Shown here: positions 48,026 through 59,489 of the stretch, one piece after another | Numbering within the stretch: the stretch's first letter is position 1 | Layout of the letters: each line of letters opens with the position of its first letter | NCBI GenBank assembly: GCA_965197525.1 | Contig: OZ240211.1 | Coordinates: 608,001-672,000, forward strand | DNA from: Nitrosopumilus sp. | GTDB lineage: Archaea > Thermoproteota > Nitrososphaeria > Nitrososphaerales > Nitrosopumilaceae | Direction of reading: 5' to 3' | DNA: 64,000 bases | The notes under the pieces: model-generated | What the model was told of the DNA's origin: nothing | Seen by the model: only the letters and a program-made list of their open reading frames with translations | Databases searched by the model: none | Position numbers and translations under genes: made by a program

Positions 48026-48754
48026 GTGAAAGCTGTAATTTTAGCAGGCGGCAAAGGTACGCGCGGAAAACCATATACAGATTATTTTCCAAAAGCGATG
48101 ATACCAATTAACGGAAGACCGTTAGTTGATTATGTGACAAGGTATATAAAATCATTTGATTTCATCGACGAGATAATTATAATATCAGATTTTGACGGGT
48201 TGGGCGGACAGATAAAAAACTATTATTCACATAGCAAAGACATTGTTTTTATTCAGGACTCACAAGATGGGACAGGAGGCGATCTAGTACATCTAGATCG
48301 TACACTAAAAGACGAATCAGAGTTTGTTCTATGGTTTGTAGACAATTTATGCGCAGTCAACATTGCAGAGATGATAAACACATTCAAAGAAAAGAACAGT
48401 TATGCTTGTATCGCAACTAGAACAAAGAGAAGAGAAGAGACAGGTTTTGCAACAGTAAAAGACGGAATAATAAAAGAGTTCAAAGAAAAACCAACAATAA
48501 CGCTGCAGTTGTCAGAATGTTTGGGTGTATATATAATAGACACCGATATTATTTCGCAGATAAAAGCGTTGCAAAGTAAACATCAAAAAAATATCAATCT
48601 ATCGTATGACATATTACAACAGCTAGCAAAGGAAGATAAAGTAAGTGCGTACGATATACAAGACAAGGGATGGATAGATGCTCAGTCACCTGTAACTATT
48701 GAGAGAAACAAAGAATTGGTAACAAAAATTATACAAGAGATGGGGTTGGAGTAA
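48026..48754 (+). CDS. Sugar-phosphate nucleotidyltransferase family protein
   Basis: LAGGKGTR...PKAMIPI and GTGG. Confidence 0.88.
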   Translation: MKAVILAGGKGTRGKPYTDYFPKAMIPINGRPLVDYVTRYIKSFDFIDEIIIISDFDGLGGQIKNYYSHSKDIVFIQDSQDGTGGDLVHLDRTLKDESEFVLWFVDNLCAVNIAEMINTFKEKNSYACIATRTKRREETGFATVKDGIIKEFKEKPTITLQLSECLGVYIIDTDIISQIKALQSKHQKNINLSYDILQQLAKEDKVSAYDIQDKGWIDAQSPVTIERNKELVTKIIQEMGLE

Positions 48755-49319
48755 CATCCTCGAACTCGGATATTTTATCATCGTATTGTAGGGTCTGTGT
48801 AATATCATCAAGGCCCTGCAAAAGGATGCTCTTTTTCTCAGATTCTATTTGGAAAGGTATCTCTCGTTTATCAGATGTTGTGGTGATTAGCTGTCGTTCT
48901 AAATCCACACTAATTGTGCCAGTCTCTTGCATTAACTGTTGTACAGTATCAGAACTCAAGGTAATGGGCAACAAGCCGTTTTTAAAGCAGTTGCTATAAA
49001 AGATGTTTGCAAAAGATGGTGCGATAACAACTGAAAAACCATAATCTGCAAGGGACCAAACAGCGTGCTCTCTGCTTGAACCACAACCAAAGTTATCGCC
49101 TGTTATGAGAATTTTAGAGTTGGCGTATCGCGAGTCATTTAAGACAAAAGTTCTATCTGGAACATTAGGTTTTTCATACCTCCAGTCAAAGAACAGGAAC
49201 TCTCCAAATCCAGATTTTGTGATGCGCTTTAAGAACTGTTTTGGAACTATCTGATCAGTATCAACATTTACCTTGTCAAGTGGTGTAACAATACTCGTGA
49301 CAGTCTTAAAAGGATTCAT
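48729..49319 (-). CDS. leuD: 3-isopropylmalate dehydratase small subunit (bacterial-type)
   Basis: [24 protein letters not shown] and [13 protein letters not shown]. Confidence 0.93.
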   Translation of the reverse strand: MNPFKTVTSIVTPLDKVNVDTDQIVPKQFLKRITKSGFGEFLFFDWRYEKPNVPDRTFVLNDSRYANSKILITGDNFGCGSSREHAVWSLADYGFSVVIAPSFANIFYSNCFKNGLLPITLSSDTVQQLMQETGTISVDLERQLITTTSDKREIPFQIESEKKSILLQGLDDITQTLQYDDKISEFEDVTPTPSLV

Positions 49320-50728
49320 ACCAAATAATCCCTCACATCTACAAAGTGGCCATTAATTGCAGCAGCAGCTGCCATCACAGGGCTGACAAGATGTGTCAGA
49401 CCTCCCCTGCCTTGTCTTCCCTCAAAATTCCTGTTAGATGTACTAGCACACCGCTCACCTGGAGATAGTATATCAGGATTCATTCCAAGACACATACTAC
49501 ACCCTGACTCTCGCCATTGAAAATTAGCATCAGTGAAGATTTTATCAAGACCCATCTCTTCTGCCTGTCTCTTTACCATCTGAGAGCCTGGAACAATGAT
49601 TCCTTTTACACTTGGTGCAATAGTTTGCCCCTTGATAATACGGGATGCCTCAACCAGATCCTCTATTCGTGCGTTGGTGCAAGAGCCGATAAATACGGTA
49701 TCAATGGAGATATCCTCAATGCATGTCCCAGGTTCTAGATTCATGTAATCAAGTGCCTTTTGAGCGCTCTTCTCTTGGTTAGGATCGCCTTTTGAGAACT
49801 CTTCAGGAGATGGTATGGATTCAGTGACATCGCAGACCATTGCAGGAGTTGTTCCCCAACTCACTTGAGGTGCAATATCATCAATATGTAGCGTAAACTG
49901 TTTCTCAAACTTGGCATTGCTGTCACTGAACAGATTAGAACTCCAATCATCAACTAGAGCATCATAGTTCTTAGGTGTGAATTGCCTGTCTCTAAGATAG
50001 TCAAATGTCTTCTCATCAGGTGCAACCAGTCCTGCACGCGCCCCTGCCTCAATTGACATATTACATATAGTCATCCTCTGTTCCATAGTGAGATCAGTTA
50101 TTCCCTGACCACGATACTCTATAACGTGATCCTTGCCGCCGCCGGTTCCAATGCGTCTTATAATTGACAGTATGATATCTTTGGCAGTTACAGCATGAGG
50201 ATTACTACGTTTGCCTGTAACTACAATCTCAAATGGTTTTAGTTTCTCCAGCCACAACGTTTGAGACGCCAATACATGCTCCACCTCACTTGTTCCAATA
50301 CCCAAAGCCAAAGCTCCAAATGCTCCATGAGTTGATGTATGACTATCACCGCAAACAATGGTACTGCCAGGTAACGTGATGCCCAGTTGCGGGCCAATGA
50401 CGTGAACGATCCCCTGATTAGGACTATTAACATCAAATAGTGTGATTCCAAAATCTTGACAGTTCTTCTCTAATGCATTGATTTGATTAGAAGACATCTG
50501 ATCAACTATTGGCAGCGAGCGATTGGTTGTCGGAACATTATGATCCATGGTAGCAATAGTAAGATCCGGCCTTCTAACACGTCTATTGTTTATGCGTAAT
50601 CCATCAAAGGCTTGAGGGGATGTAACCTCGTGAACAAGATGTCTGTCAATGTACAAGAGTGCGGTATTATTTGGTTTCTCCACTATTACATGAGAATTCC
50701 AAATTTTTTCAAAAAGAGTTTGTGCCAA
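49316..50728 (-). CDS. leuC: 3-isopropylmalate dehydratase large subunit (bacterial-type)
   Basis: [37 protein letters not shown] and [12 protein letters not shown] at 50728 is preferred as the start. Confidence 0.95.
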   Translation of the reverse strand: MAQTLFEKIWNSHVIVEKPNNTALLYIDRHLVHEVTSPQAFDGLRINNRRVRRPDLTIATMDHNVPTTNRSLPIVDQMSSNQINALEKNCQDFGITLFDVNSPNQGIVHVIGPQLGITLPGSTIVCGDSHTSTHGAFGALALGIGTSEVEHVLASQTLWLEKLKPFEIVVTGKRSNPHAVTAKDIILSIIRRIGTGGGKDHVIEYRGQGITDLTMEQRMTICNMSIEAGARAGLVAPDEKTFDYLRDRQFTPKNYDALVDDWSSNLFSDSNAKFEKQFTLHIDDIAPQVSWGTTPAMVCDVTESIPSPEEFSKGDPNQEKSAQKALDYMNLEPGTCIEDISIDTVFIGSCTNARIEDLVEASRIIKGQTIAPSVKGIIVPGSQMVKRQAEEMGLDKIFTDANFQWRESGCSMCLGMNPDILSPGERCASTSNRNFEGRQGRGGLTHLVSPVMAAAAAINGHFVDVRDYLV

Positions 50729-50729
50729 A

Positions 50730-51224
50730 TTAGGATGCATCCTTGTCATAGTGGAATAAACCACCGGCCGCAATTATATTTGCGATAATCTCAGAGAATG
50801 GTTTCATGTTATAAGCCTGATTCGTGGTTTGATTTGTAATCTCATTGTTTGTAGTATCAATACTGATTTTGTCACCATGTGAAATTCCGTTATAGGCATC
50901 TTCAGATATCTCAATTGGTAGTAAAAATGCACCATCGACTGCGTTTCTGTAAAAGATTCTTGCAAAAGATAGTGCGAGAACTGCCTTTACACCGCAGTGC
51001 GATAAAGCAATAGGTGCGTGTTCGCGTGATGAGCCACAACCAAAATTTTTGCCAGCCAGTATGAAATCACCTTCCTTTACCTTGGAATGAAAGTCAGGGT
51101 CCAATCCCTCCATTGCATGAGTTGCAAGTTCTGCATAATCATGCACCTTTAGATACTGACCAGGAATAATTACATCAGTGTCAATGTTGTCACGTGCATA
51201 TTTTATAACATTACCCTGTATCAT
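50730..51224 (-). CDS. LeuD/HacB-family hydro-lyase small subunit (archaeal-type)
   Basis: [23 protein letters not shown] and FARIFYRNA. Confidence 0.88.
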   Translation of the reverse strand: MIQGNVIKYARDNIDTDVIIPGQYLKVHDYAELATHAMEGLDPDFHSKVKEGDFILAGKNFGCGSSREHAPIALSHCGVKAVLALSFARIFYRNAVDGAFLLPIEISEDAYNGISHGDKISIDTTNNEITNQTTNQAYNMKPFSEIIANIIAAGGLFHYDKDAS

Positions 51225-52558
51225 GATGGCAGATCCCTCGGATCAGTTATCTTTCCAGTTACAGCAGACGCTGCTGCCACCATAGGCGATGACAGATATG
51301 TTTGGGATTCGATATGACCCATCCTACCAGGAAAGTTTCTGTTAGTTGTACTAATACAGATCTCGTCTTTTGCCAATACACCCATATGAGCGCCACAGCA
51401 TGCTCCACACGTAGGCGGTCCCACCGTTGCACCGGCATCCATGAATATCTTCAGTAGACCATTCTCCATGGCTCTACGGTACACAGATATTGCAGCAGGT
51501 AGTACCTCGGTTCTAATCTTGACTGTTCGTCCTTTGAGGATTTTGGCAGCTGCCTGTAGATCTTCGTATTTTGCACCTGTGCATGAACCAATGTACGCCT
51601 TGTCTAGTTCAACTGATGGGGCTTCTCGTACAACAGAAATGTTCTCAGGAGAGAACGGCTTGGCAATGATTGGCTCCATCTCCGAACTCTCGTATTCAAA
51701 TACCTTGGAATACTGTGCGTCATCGTCACCTTTAATCAGATTGATGTTTGTGGCACCACGAGAGGTAAGATAGTCAACAACTTTTTTGCCAGGTTCCACT
51801 ATACCATTCTTGGCTCCAGCCTCTGTAGTCATGTTACACAAGGTCAACCGGCTTTGCACAGACATCTCATCTATACCACTTCCGCCAAACTGCATTGTTC
51901 TATAAGCTCCACCGTCTGTTCCTATATCTCCAATAATCTTCAAGATCAGATCCTTTGCCATGACATGATCAGGTAATCTTCCATTCAGTTTAAAGTACAA
52001 AGTCTCAGGAACCTTAAACCAGATCTCACCATGTAACAAGACATATGCAATATCAGTATGGCCCAGACCGCATGCAAACGCACCTAGTGCGCCAGTTGTA
52101 TTTGTATGAGAGTCGCCGCCAACATATACGTCTCCAGGCATCACCATGGCCTCCTCATGTGAGATGGTATGACATATTCCGTACTGACCCATTCCGTACT
52201 TGAAATGTTTTTCTATACCATAATGCTTTGTAAAGTTGGATAATTTTACAATATTTTCAGCAGACAATTTTTCTGCCGAAGGTACAAAATGGTCTTCGGC
52301 CACCCAAACTCGTGTAGGATCCCAGAGTTTATCAACTGATATGCCTTGTTTTTGTAGTTTGTCAAACACTTTGATTACTCCTGGCCCTGATACATCATGC
52401 ATCATGACCTTGTCGACATTTGCAAACACTACGTCATCGGGGGCCACAGATGAACGCCCTGAACCTCTAGCAAGAATTTTCTCTACGATATTCATAACCA
52501 TGGTTCTCAGAATAGAGATTAAAATCTTTTCAGAACAGTAAAAAGGCAAAAAAACCAA
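51221..52558 (-). CDS. LeuC/HacA-family hydro-lyase large subunit (archaeal-type)
   Basis: EKILA, GDSHT, IGSCT, CGACCG and NRNFPGRMG. Confidence 0.9.
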   Translation of the reverse strand: MVFLPFYCSEKILISILRTMVMNIVEKILARGSGRSSVAPDDVVFANVDKVMMHDVSGPGVIKVFDKLQKQGISVDKLWDPTRVWVAEDHFVPSAEKLSAENIVKLSNFTKHYGIEKHFKYGMGQYGICHTISHEEAMVMPGDVYVGGDSHTNTTGALGAFACGLGHTDIAYVLLHGEIWFKVPETLYFKLNGRLPDHVMAKDLILKIIGDIGTDGGAYRTMQFGGSGIDEMSVQSRLTLCNMTTEAGAKNGIVEPGKKVVDYLTSRGATNINLIKGDDDAQYSKVFEYESSEMEPIIAKPFSPENISVVREAPSVELDKAYIGSCTGAKYEDLQAAAKILKGRTVKIRTEVLPAAISVYRRAMENGLLKIFMDAGATVGPPTCGACCGAHMGVLAKDEICISTTNRNFPGRMGHIESQTYLSSPMVAAASAVTGKITDPRDLPS

Positions 52559-52566
52559 GTACAGTT

Positions 52567-53346
52567 ATGCAGTTGACTGTTCTGCCATTATTAGCACAAC
52601 GACAAAACAAAGAGTTTGATGTTACAGAGACACTCCTTGAGATGCTAAAAGATAACAGCAATCTCAAACTAGATGAAGGTGATGTAGTTGTCATCTCTAC
52701 AAAATATGTCTCAGTCTCACAAGGAAGAGTCATCAGCGCAGATAGAATAAATGCATCAGAGCAAGGATTAGAAATTTCAAAAAAATTTCACATGAGGCCA
52801 GAGGTTGCAGAGATCATCATAAGAGAGTCAGATAACATATTTGGTGGAATAGCAGGATTTGTGATAACATCAGCTGATAACATCATGGCGCCAAATGCAG
52901 GAATTGACAGATCAAATACAAAGACAGGTACTGTAGTTCTGTACCCAATAGAGCCATATCTTGTTGCAGAACAGATTAGACGAAAAATTTTTTTGACGTT
53001 ATCTGTTCACGTCGGAGTGATTCTAACAGATAGCAGACTGATGCCTGCAAGGATAGGTACAACAGGAGTCGCAGTAGCGTGTGCAGGAATAGAACCAGTG
53101 TTAGATATGAGGGCAAAAGAGGATCTTGATGGCAATACATTAAAGGTTACGTTTCAAGCAACAGCTGATAGTATTGCAACCATAGCAAACTACAAGATGG
53201 GAGAAGGTGCAGAGTCAAGACCGCTTGCAATAGTAAGGGATTCAGGGGCAAAAATGACAGATAGAAAGATAATGCCAGAAGAGACGGCAATATCCCCTGA
53301 TCAATGTGTCTATGTGCGAGGATTGTCATCTCATATAGACGTATAA
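52567..53346 (+). CDS. cofE: Coenzyme F420-0:gamma-glutamyl ligase
   Basis: GDVVVISTK..S, NAGIDRSN, VILTDS and D..G..L.VT..A.AD.IA. Confidence 0.88.
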   Translation: MQLTVLPLLAQRQNKEFDVTETLLEMLKDNSNLKLDEGDVVVISTKYVSVSQGRVISADRINASEQGLEISKKFHMRPEVAEIIIRESDNIFGGIAGFVITSADNIMAPNAGIDRSNTKTGTVVLYPIEPYLVAEQIRRKIFLTLSVHVGVILTDSRLMPARIGTTGVAVACAGIEPVLDMRAKEDLDGNTLKVTFQATADSIATIANYKMGEGAESRPLAIVRDSGAKMTDRKIMPEETAISPDQCVYVRGLSSHIDV

Positions 53347-53727
53347 TAACAAGTTCACAAATAATTCCAGAATACTAAACCAAGTTTTTCATGACGCATG
53401 CAAATATACATCATTGACTGCTGCTAAAAGACGGATTATTTGGCTACTGAAATACATGTATAATGCGTATGTCTAATTGAGCCTGTGATTTGAATTGTTT
53501 GAACAGCATCTCTGACTAAAACACGAATCGCAATCAGACTGTATATGCGTGCGCGTGTAAGTTTTGTTTTTGACTAGACGTTGTTTAGCAAGAACACACA
53601 TCTATCCACAAGTGAAAAATATTAAATCAGAATGTATGTAATAGATTTAACGAATAGTATCGTTCAGAGGTTTTTATATATACGTGTATAAAACTGGACA
53701 TGATAAAATTAATAGATTTAATAAAGA

Positions 53728-54540
53728 TTGCACGTGGGTGTTTCCATGATAGAGAATCTCTGGCTTGTACTTTTGGGATTTGCTGCTGGAACTGCTGGAT
53801 CCATGGTAGGCTTTGGCGGCGGAATCATGATATCACCGGTTCTAGCATTTCTGGGATTCAATCCCGCAGTGATTGCAAGTAGCAGTCTGTTTGGCACGTT
53901 TGGCAACCTGGGAGGAGCTACACTCACACATGCAAAAAGGAAGAAGATCAAGTGGTCCCTAGGATTAAAACTAGGTCTTTTGTCGATTCCTGGTACTGCA
54001 ATAGGAGCCATTGCAGCTGCGTATACTGAATCAAATCTCTTCAACATCATGTTAGGCAGCATACTTGCAGTAAGTGCGTTCATGTTGGTAAGAGGCAAGA
54101 TGAAGGAGGGGAGACAGCACTCTATGAGATTCATGACAGTCATTATGGTCATAGCAAGCATGTCAGCTGGAATAGTATCTAGTTTCTTTGGCATTGGCGG
54201 AGGAGTGGTCATTGTACCATTTATGATACTCGTAATGGGAATGAAGATGAAGGAGGTGGCAATCATGTCACAGCCGGCGTTGTTAGTTATCGCCTTTGTA
54301 GGACTAGTAGTGCATGGAACACTTGGAAATCCGGACATATACCAAGGCATACCATTACTGATAGGAGGGTTCTGCGGAGGGTTATTGGGAGTCAGGCTAT
54401 CTACAAGACTAAAAGGCAGACAGATGCAGCTAATTCTCTCAGCGTTGATATTCAGTGCATCTGCAAGGCTAATCTGGGAATTTGCAGAAGACGTATATCA
54501 AGGCACGTTCCTTGCATTGAGTCGGATGCTGTCAAGCTAG
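53728..54540 (+). CDS. TauE/SafE-family membrane exporter
   Basis: Internal duplication GFGGG..I.P and GIGGG.VIVP; multi-TM. Confidence 0.85.
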   Translation: MHVGVSMIENLWLVLLGFAAGTAGSMVGFGGGIMISPVLAFLGFNPAVIASSSLFGTFGNLGGATLTHAKRKKIKWSLGLKLGLLSIPGTAIGAIAAAYTESNLFNIMLGSILAVSAFMLVRGKMKEGRQHSMRFMTVIMVIASMSAGIVSSFFGIGGGVVIVPFMILVMGMKMKEVAIMSQPALLVIAFVGLVVHGTLGNPDIYQGIPLLIGGFCGGLLGVRLSTRLKGRQMQLILSALIFSASARLIWEFAEDVYQGTFLALSRMLSS

Positions 54541-54896
54541 ACAGCGTTCCTGCGTTACATATAGTAATCTGATTGATTCAACAGTAAATCTACAAGATGG
54601 TGTTAGGTGTATTCTAGAATATTTGAAGCAAACAGGATGTACCTGCCTTTGCAACACTGGAGCTGAGTACAAGAGGAACGAGCATCAGGCAAAACATGAC
54701 AGCCGGTGTCAGAATATTACGCCATTTTGAAAATATGCGTCACGTGTTATCTCAACACATCAGGACATCAAGACCAAAGCTTGATGTGATTAGATATATT
54801 GGCAGAGAATCACGATTCTGACGAATTTTTTACTGACAGTATAATTTGCACACTTTCATTTGCAAAGAAACTGGTATTTAAGAAATACTTCAATAC

Positions 54897-56196
54897 CAGT
54901 AGTCGGAAATGTACTCCCTAAATCAACCAACAGATGTTCTCAATTATGTTAACATTCTTCGAACATACTGATCTATTACCTACAGTGCCCTTACCCACCT
55001 TAGTGTTTCAGCAAAAAGGTGGGCAGGTACACCACAATAAGATTGGAGAAAGGATACTTAATACCTTGTCAGGAATACTAGAGTCTGCACCCATAGGATT
55101 CTCTACGAGGAACAATGCCCAATACGGGGTAAGCGAGTTTGCAGCCATACTGATGAAGATGTCTGAATCCAACATAGCCTCCGAGGAGGCAATCCGGCTG
55201 CTCAAGCACGCCAAAAAGAGGATGCCGTCGCCCAAGTGGTTTCGCAACATGATAAACTCGCTGGAATCAGACAGTGCAGACGAACTCTGCATGGATATGA
55301 TCACACGCACCGCAAGGCTTGCCAAGAATACGTGCCGGTACAAGGGGGGCGTACTAGTAGCAATAGATAAACACCTGATACCAAGGCACGACAAGGACAA
55401 CATGTCACATCTGACAAGATCCAAACCAAAGGGCGGTACAAGCAAGTTCGAGTGTTACGCAACAATGCATGTGGTAGCAGAACAGGTTCCGGCCATTTTG
55501 GAGTGCATGCAGGTCACGCGCAGCGTGGATGACGCCGATTTTGTGCGTAAATTCGTGCAAAAACTCAGGGATTACAGGATACGGGCCCGGTTGCTGCTGA
55601 TGGGCCGCGAGTTTTACTCGACTGAGATAATCAAGCTTGTATCAGAACAGAGACACAAGTTCCTGATGCCGGCAGTCAAGAACACGGGGATAAAGAGGGT
55701 GATACGGGAGCATCACGATAAATTACGCAAGGCAGTCTCACAGTACACCATCAGAAACGCAGCAGGCCAGTCTGCCACATTCACATTGATAATCACGCCC
55801 TCAAAAAAGATAGACGACTCTGATGCCGACACCCTGGAAAGATATCATGTCTTTGCCACCAACCTTTCCACGACCAGGGCACTAGACGAGATTGAAACGC
55901 TTCCAGAGGAGTACAGGAGAAGGTGGGGGATAGAGACAGGATACAAGCAGGTCGAACAGGTGCGTCCGAGGACAACAAGTCGCAATGCGTCGTTTAGGGC
56001 AGTCATGTTTTACGTCTCGCTGTTCATGTATAACACGTGGGCAGTAGAGCAGTACCGTGAAGATTCGAGTTATGATCGGGTAACTCTGGCACTTGTCGCA
56101 TATGCTGCGGCAATGGCTGCATTGGAATTATGTAGGATTGTGGGTCAACCATATGATGTCGGAGGATCTGCCTAAGGGGTAAATTTCCGACTACTG
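54897..56196 (+). mobile_element. ISH3-family (IS4-like) insertion sequence, 1300 bp
   Basis: TIR CAGTAGTCGGAAAT is perfect over 14 bp (21/24 extended) at 54897 and 56196. No TSD seen. Visibly more GC-rich than the host genes. Confidence 0.88.
54934..56175 (+). CDS. ISH3-family DDE transposase, probably catalytically impaired
   Basis: AIDKHLIP, GGTSKFECYAT, LLMGREFYS (G where the family has D) and RRRWGIETGYK. Confidence 0.85.
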   Translation: MFSIMLTFFEHTDLLPTVPLPTLVFQQKGGQVHHNKIGERILNTLSGILESAPIGFSTRNNAQYGVSEFAAILMKMSESNIASEEAIRLLKHAKKRMPSPKWFRNMINSLESDSADELCMDMITRTARLAKNTCRYKGGVLVAIDKHLIPRHDKDNMSHLTRSKPKGGTSKFECYATMHVVAEQVPAILECMQVTRSVDDADFVRKFVQKLRDYRIRARLLLMGREFYSTEIIKLVSEQRHKFLMPAVKNTGIKRVIREHHDKLRKAVSQYTIRNAAGQSATFTLIITPSKKIDDSDADTLERYHVFATNLSTTRALDEIETLPEEYRRRWGIETGYKQVEQVRPRTTSRNASFRAVMFYVSLFMYNTWAVEQYREDSSYDRVTLALVAYAAAMAALELCRIVGQPYDVGGSA

Positions 56197-56241
56197 ATGT
56201 TAGCTTCTGCTTTAAATATAGCAGTTTGTTTTAAAAAAATA

Positions 56242-56793
56242 ATGGAATATCTTACAACATATCCCAAGACAGTTTCATTTTTTGATGGAATAAAACACAA
56301 AATTAACGTAGATAGCAAAAGCGGAGTAGAACAACTCCATATTGTAGTACGAAAAAGTTTTGAGGAGCTGACAAAAATTTTTGCAGAAGAGGGTTTCACC
56401 AAAGTCAAATTAGAGCACAAGCAGCCGGACCAAATTGGAAATGGTCTAAATTTAAAACTACGAAAGCCTTGGGAGATGCATGTCAGAATGGTGGATTTAA
56501 AGAAAGGGTTAATTGGTATCCACGCAGAAGTAGAAGTCTCTAGAGATTACTTGCAACACCTGTTCTCTCAGAGAACGCCTGTGATATATGAAGTAGAAGA
56601 GATCCTAAAAAAGTATCAAGTTGATTATAACATTTGGCACGACAGAATCAAAAAGAATGTCAACAGTATTGTAGATAACTACAAAGTCAAACTCACAACA
56701 CCTAGCATACCAGTATTTGCATGGAAGCCAATGCTATTTGTAATTGGTACAATCGGGATCTTTTACGGCTGGAAATACTTTAACACAATATAG
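56242..56793 (+). CDS. Hypothetical protein with C-terminal TM segment
   Basis: ORF 56197-56793; ATG at 56242 is the likelier start, away from the IS end. Confidence 0.7.
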   Translation: MEYLTTYPKTVSFFDGIKHKINVDSKSGVEQLHIVVRKSFEELTKIFAEEGFTKVKLEHKQPDQIGNGLNLKLRKPWEMHVRMVDLKKGLIGIHAEVEVSRDYLQHLFSQRTPVIYEVEEILKKYQVDYNIWHDRIKKNVNSIVDNYKVKLTTPSIPVFAWKPMLFVIGTIGIFYGWKYFNTI

Positions 56794-56858
56794 AAAAATT
56801 TAACGTTTAGGAAAAATTTACAAAACGCACTATACAACCGTTTCAGGCGAGTTTAATG

Positions 56859-57191
56859 TTATACACCCAACGTTTCAGCTTTGGTCAATTCCAAAAAGAC
56901 CTTGTCTCCAACTGACAGGCCCATATCCTTGTATTCATGCATGTCAAGTTTTAGTTGAGTAATTCCAGATTGCATTCCCATGCCACCTGCACCCATCCCA
57001 GACATCATCTTGTTTAGATCTTTCATCATGTCATTCATGTTTGAGAATCCCATAACCTTGGGACCATCAAAAGGTGACGGAGGATTTTGAGGCCCATCTT
57101 TCAGATCCTTCATCGAGGATAACGAAACTACAACATATGGGGCTCCATCTTGTGCCGAATCAATACTCTTTACGACAAATTCTTTCTTCAT
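56859..57191 (-). CDS. Hypothetical protein (Met/Gly-rich centre)
   Basis: 110-aa ORF with protein-like composition. Confidence 0.7.
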   Translation of the reverse strand: MKKEFVVKSIDSAQDGAPYVVVSLSSMKDLKDGPQNPPSPFDGPKVMGFSNMNDMMKDLNKMMSGMGAGGMGMQSGITQLKLDMHEYKDMGLSVGDKVFLELTKAETLGV

Positions 57192-57481
57192 GTAGAGGGT
57201 CAGTATTTACATAATTTAAAATTTAAGATAAAATTATATAAATTTGGCAGAATTTAGAGATTCATCATCAGATTATGTAGACGCGCATATAGACAATAAA
57301 GGTTTTAAGATACATATCACAGAACTGTCCGAGTATGTTTGTAAGCGATAGTACGCCGTCCTGAGTATATGAAATCGAGCAACAAAACAGATCAAGCCCA
57401 ACGCCAATAATCATATACAGAGACTCTAGTTTTTTTCCACATAGCAATACTTTCAAATACAATTTCAAGTATCAGAAACCA

Positions 57482-58030
57482 GTGACAGAAAAGCTAAAGA
57501 CAACACTACGATACTATGGAGTATCACCTTGGGAGATTGAAGTGCTATACGGACTACTAAACTCTCATTTTACAATAGTTCAAGAGGAGACAGAGATAGA
57601 TGACGAACGATTTGTAAGCTCTCTTAACATTAACATCCCACTTGCGTTCAATGAAGCATTTTTTCAGTGGTTTGATTTTAAGCGATGGGAGAAGGTCAAA
57701 TCAGTCTTCAAAGAGATGAAACGCAGAAGAGGTAGCAAGAATGCTTTGAAGATCAGAGTTAATTTTTCAGGAAGACAGAACATTGGTTTTACGATAGATA
57801 GTGAGGACAAACATTGGTTTAACAACGCATTAGAGAAGATTGACGCAGTGTTAGAGATGTTGCCATACCACCTAAATTCTGAAAAGATGCCAGCATATAT
57901 TACAGATATCACATACAAGTTTGATTCAAAGATAGCCAGATGGCAGTTAGATACTGCAGTATCATCGTCTCAAAACAAGAGATACACATTTAACAATAAC
58001 AGTAAAGGATGGGACGAGGTCATCACCTAA
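57482..58030 (+). CDS. Hypothetical protein
   Basis: 182-aa ORF. Confidence 0.7.
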   Translation: MTEKLKTTLRYYGVSPWEIEVLYGLLNSHFTIVQEETEIDDERFVSSLNINIPLAFNEAFFQWFDFKRWEKVKSVFKEMKRRRGSKNALKIRVNFSGRQNIGFTIDSEDKHWFNNALEKIDAVLEMLPYHLNSEKMPAYITDITYKFDSKIARWQLDTAVSSSQNKRYTFNNNSKGWDEVIT

Positions 58031-58463
58031 GATCCTTTTGTAGCGGTTCTAACAATCTGTGTAGTTCCTGATATTTTGATTCTATAAATTCCAAGGCTGC
58101 AACCAGTTTTTTTGATTTCCCATACTTGTAACGAATCAGTTCACGATGATGCCAAAACGTCTTATTACCATCAAGTGACGATAAAGTGGTAAAATAGTCA
58201 GGCCCCTTCAGATCATCAGGTAGTGACATGTCATAAGGGAATAGCATATCAACTATAAACCACTCATCGGCGTCAGGATAGTCAATGCCAGTATCTATAT
58301 CAAAGAATACATGTAACAAGTCAGACTGCATAAGCCCATCATCACTGATAACGGGATGTTTCACAGAAGATCTTTTAAAATCAAGATGAATCAGTTGTGG
58401 TTCAAAGAATCCTTGAATTATAGACTTGCGAAATATTCTGTTCGCTGTAGCAATGTTCAACAA
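58023..58463 (-). CDS. Hypothetical protein
   Basis: 146-aa ORF. Confidence 0.7.
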   Translation of the reverse strand: MLNIATANRIFRKSIIQGFFEPQLIHLDFKRSSVKHPVISDDGLMQSDLLHVFFDIDTGIDYPDADEWFIVDMLFPYDMSLPDDLKGPDYFTTLSSLDGNKTFWHHRELIRYKYGKSKKLVAALEFIESKYQELHRLLEPLQKDLR

Positions 58464-58508
58464 TGTGATTATTAATAACTAGTCTATAACTTGTTAGGTA
58501 AGAAAGTG

Positions 58509-59489
58509 TTAAATCTTCAAAGAATCGAGAATTTCAGATATGTCTGATGTTGGGGCACCATAACCATCGCTATCTGTATCTTTTGATATCTTCTGCTTGG
58601 CAGGAGGGTTTTCAAGATAATGAGGAATTTTGTCAGTCAATCTAGTAGCAAATGGAGAGATGAGATCATTTTTGTAAAAGATGCCAGTCGGTATCTTGTC
58701 ACCCCATTCAAGGGACTTGGCTAAGGCTTGAGACAGCTTTTCGTTGACTTGATCCTCATCATTATAATGGACTACAGGATCATATCCAATATCCTCTAGT
58801 TTGTAGATTCTTGAATGCCGTTTTAGGGACTCTTGGGCCATATCAACACTTGCGTACCAATCGCGGGTATTGATATCATTGTATGTAGGACATGGTTGTA
58901 GAACGTCAAGAAAGGACAAGCCGCGGTGTTTGACTGCTTGGATAATCAAATCTTTGAGATGTCGGACATCATAAGAATAGCCTCTTGCAACGAACGTAAA
59001 TCCGCTTGCCACTGCAAGACCGATTGGATTAACATTGTAATTTGTGTTAGGTGTTGGAAGGGATTTTGTCTTTTCACCTAGTTTCAACGTGGGAGATGCT
59101 TGCCCTTTGGTCAAACCGTACACGCCATTATCAAATATGATATAAGTCATATCCACATTTCGTCTGCCAGCTGCTACAAAATGTCCTGCACCAATTCCCA
59201 GACCGTCACCGTCACCCCCTACTGCAACTACAGTCATCTCAGGATTTGCAAGTTTTCCGCCTTGCGCAAACGTAAGAACCCTACCATGTAATGTATGGAC
59301 ACCGTATGTGTTGATGTAATGTGACGTCTTGCCAGAGCAGCCAATTCCAGAAAAGATGACTGCTTTGTCTCGGGTTATGCCCATCTCAGCTAATGCCATC
59401 TGCAAGGCATTTACAATTCCAAAATCACCACACCCTGGACACCAATCATTGTGCACATCAGTTTTGTAGTCAGCTAGTTTAAGCGCCAT
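58509..59489 (-). CDS. 2-oxoacid:ferredoxin oxidoreductase beta subunit
   Basis: [21 protein letters not shown] and GGDGD...NG.YGLTKGQ.SPT (TPP binding). Confidence 0.95.
   Translation of the reverse strand: MALKLADYKTDVHNDWCPGCGDFGIVNALQMALAEMGITRDKAVIFSGIGCSGKTSHYINTYGVHTLHGRVLTFAQGGKLANPEMTVVAVGGDGDGLGIGAGHFVAAGRRNVDMTYIIFDNGVYGLTKGQASPTLKLGEKTKSLPTPNTNYNVNPIGLAVASGFTFVARGYSYDVRHLKDLIIQAVKHRGLSFLDVLQPCPTYNDINTRDWYASVDMAQESLKRHSRIYKLEDIGYDPVVHYNDEDQVNEKLSQALAKSLEWGDKIPTGIFYKNDLISPFATRLTDKIPHYLENPPAKQKISKDTDSDGYGAPTSDISEILDSLKI

Noticed and set aside
53471-53539. Possible nested RNA stems (GTCTAATTG/CAATCAGAC, TGTGATTT/GAATCGCA)
   Set aside because: The stems overlap and contain mismatches, match no RNA family I recognise, and are plausible by chance in AT-rich DNA.
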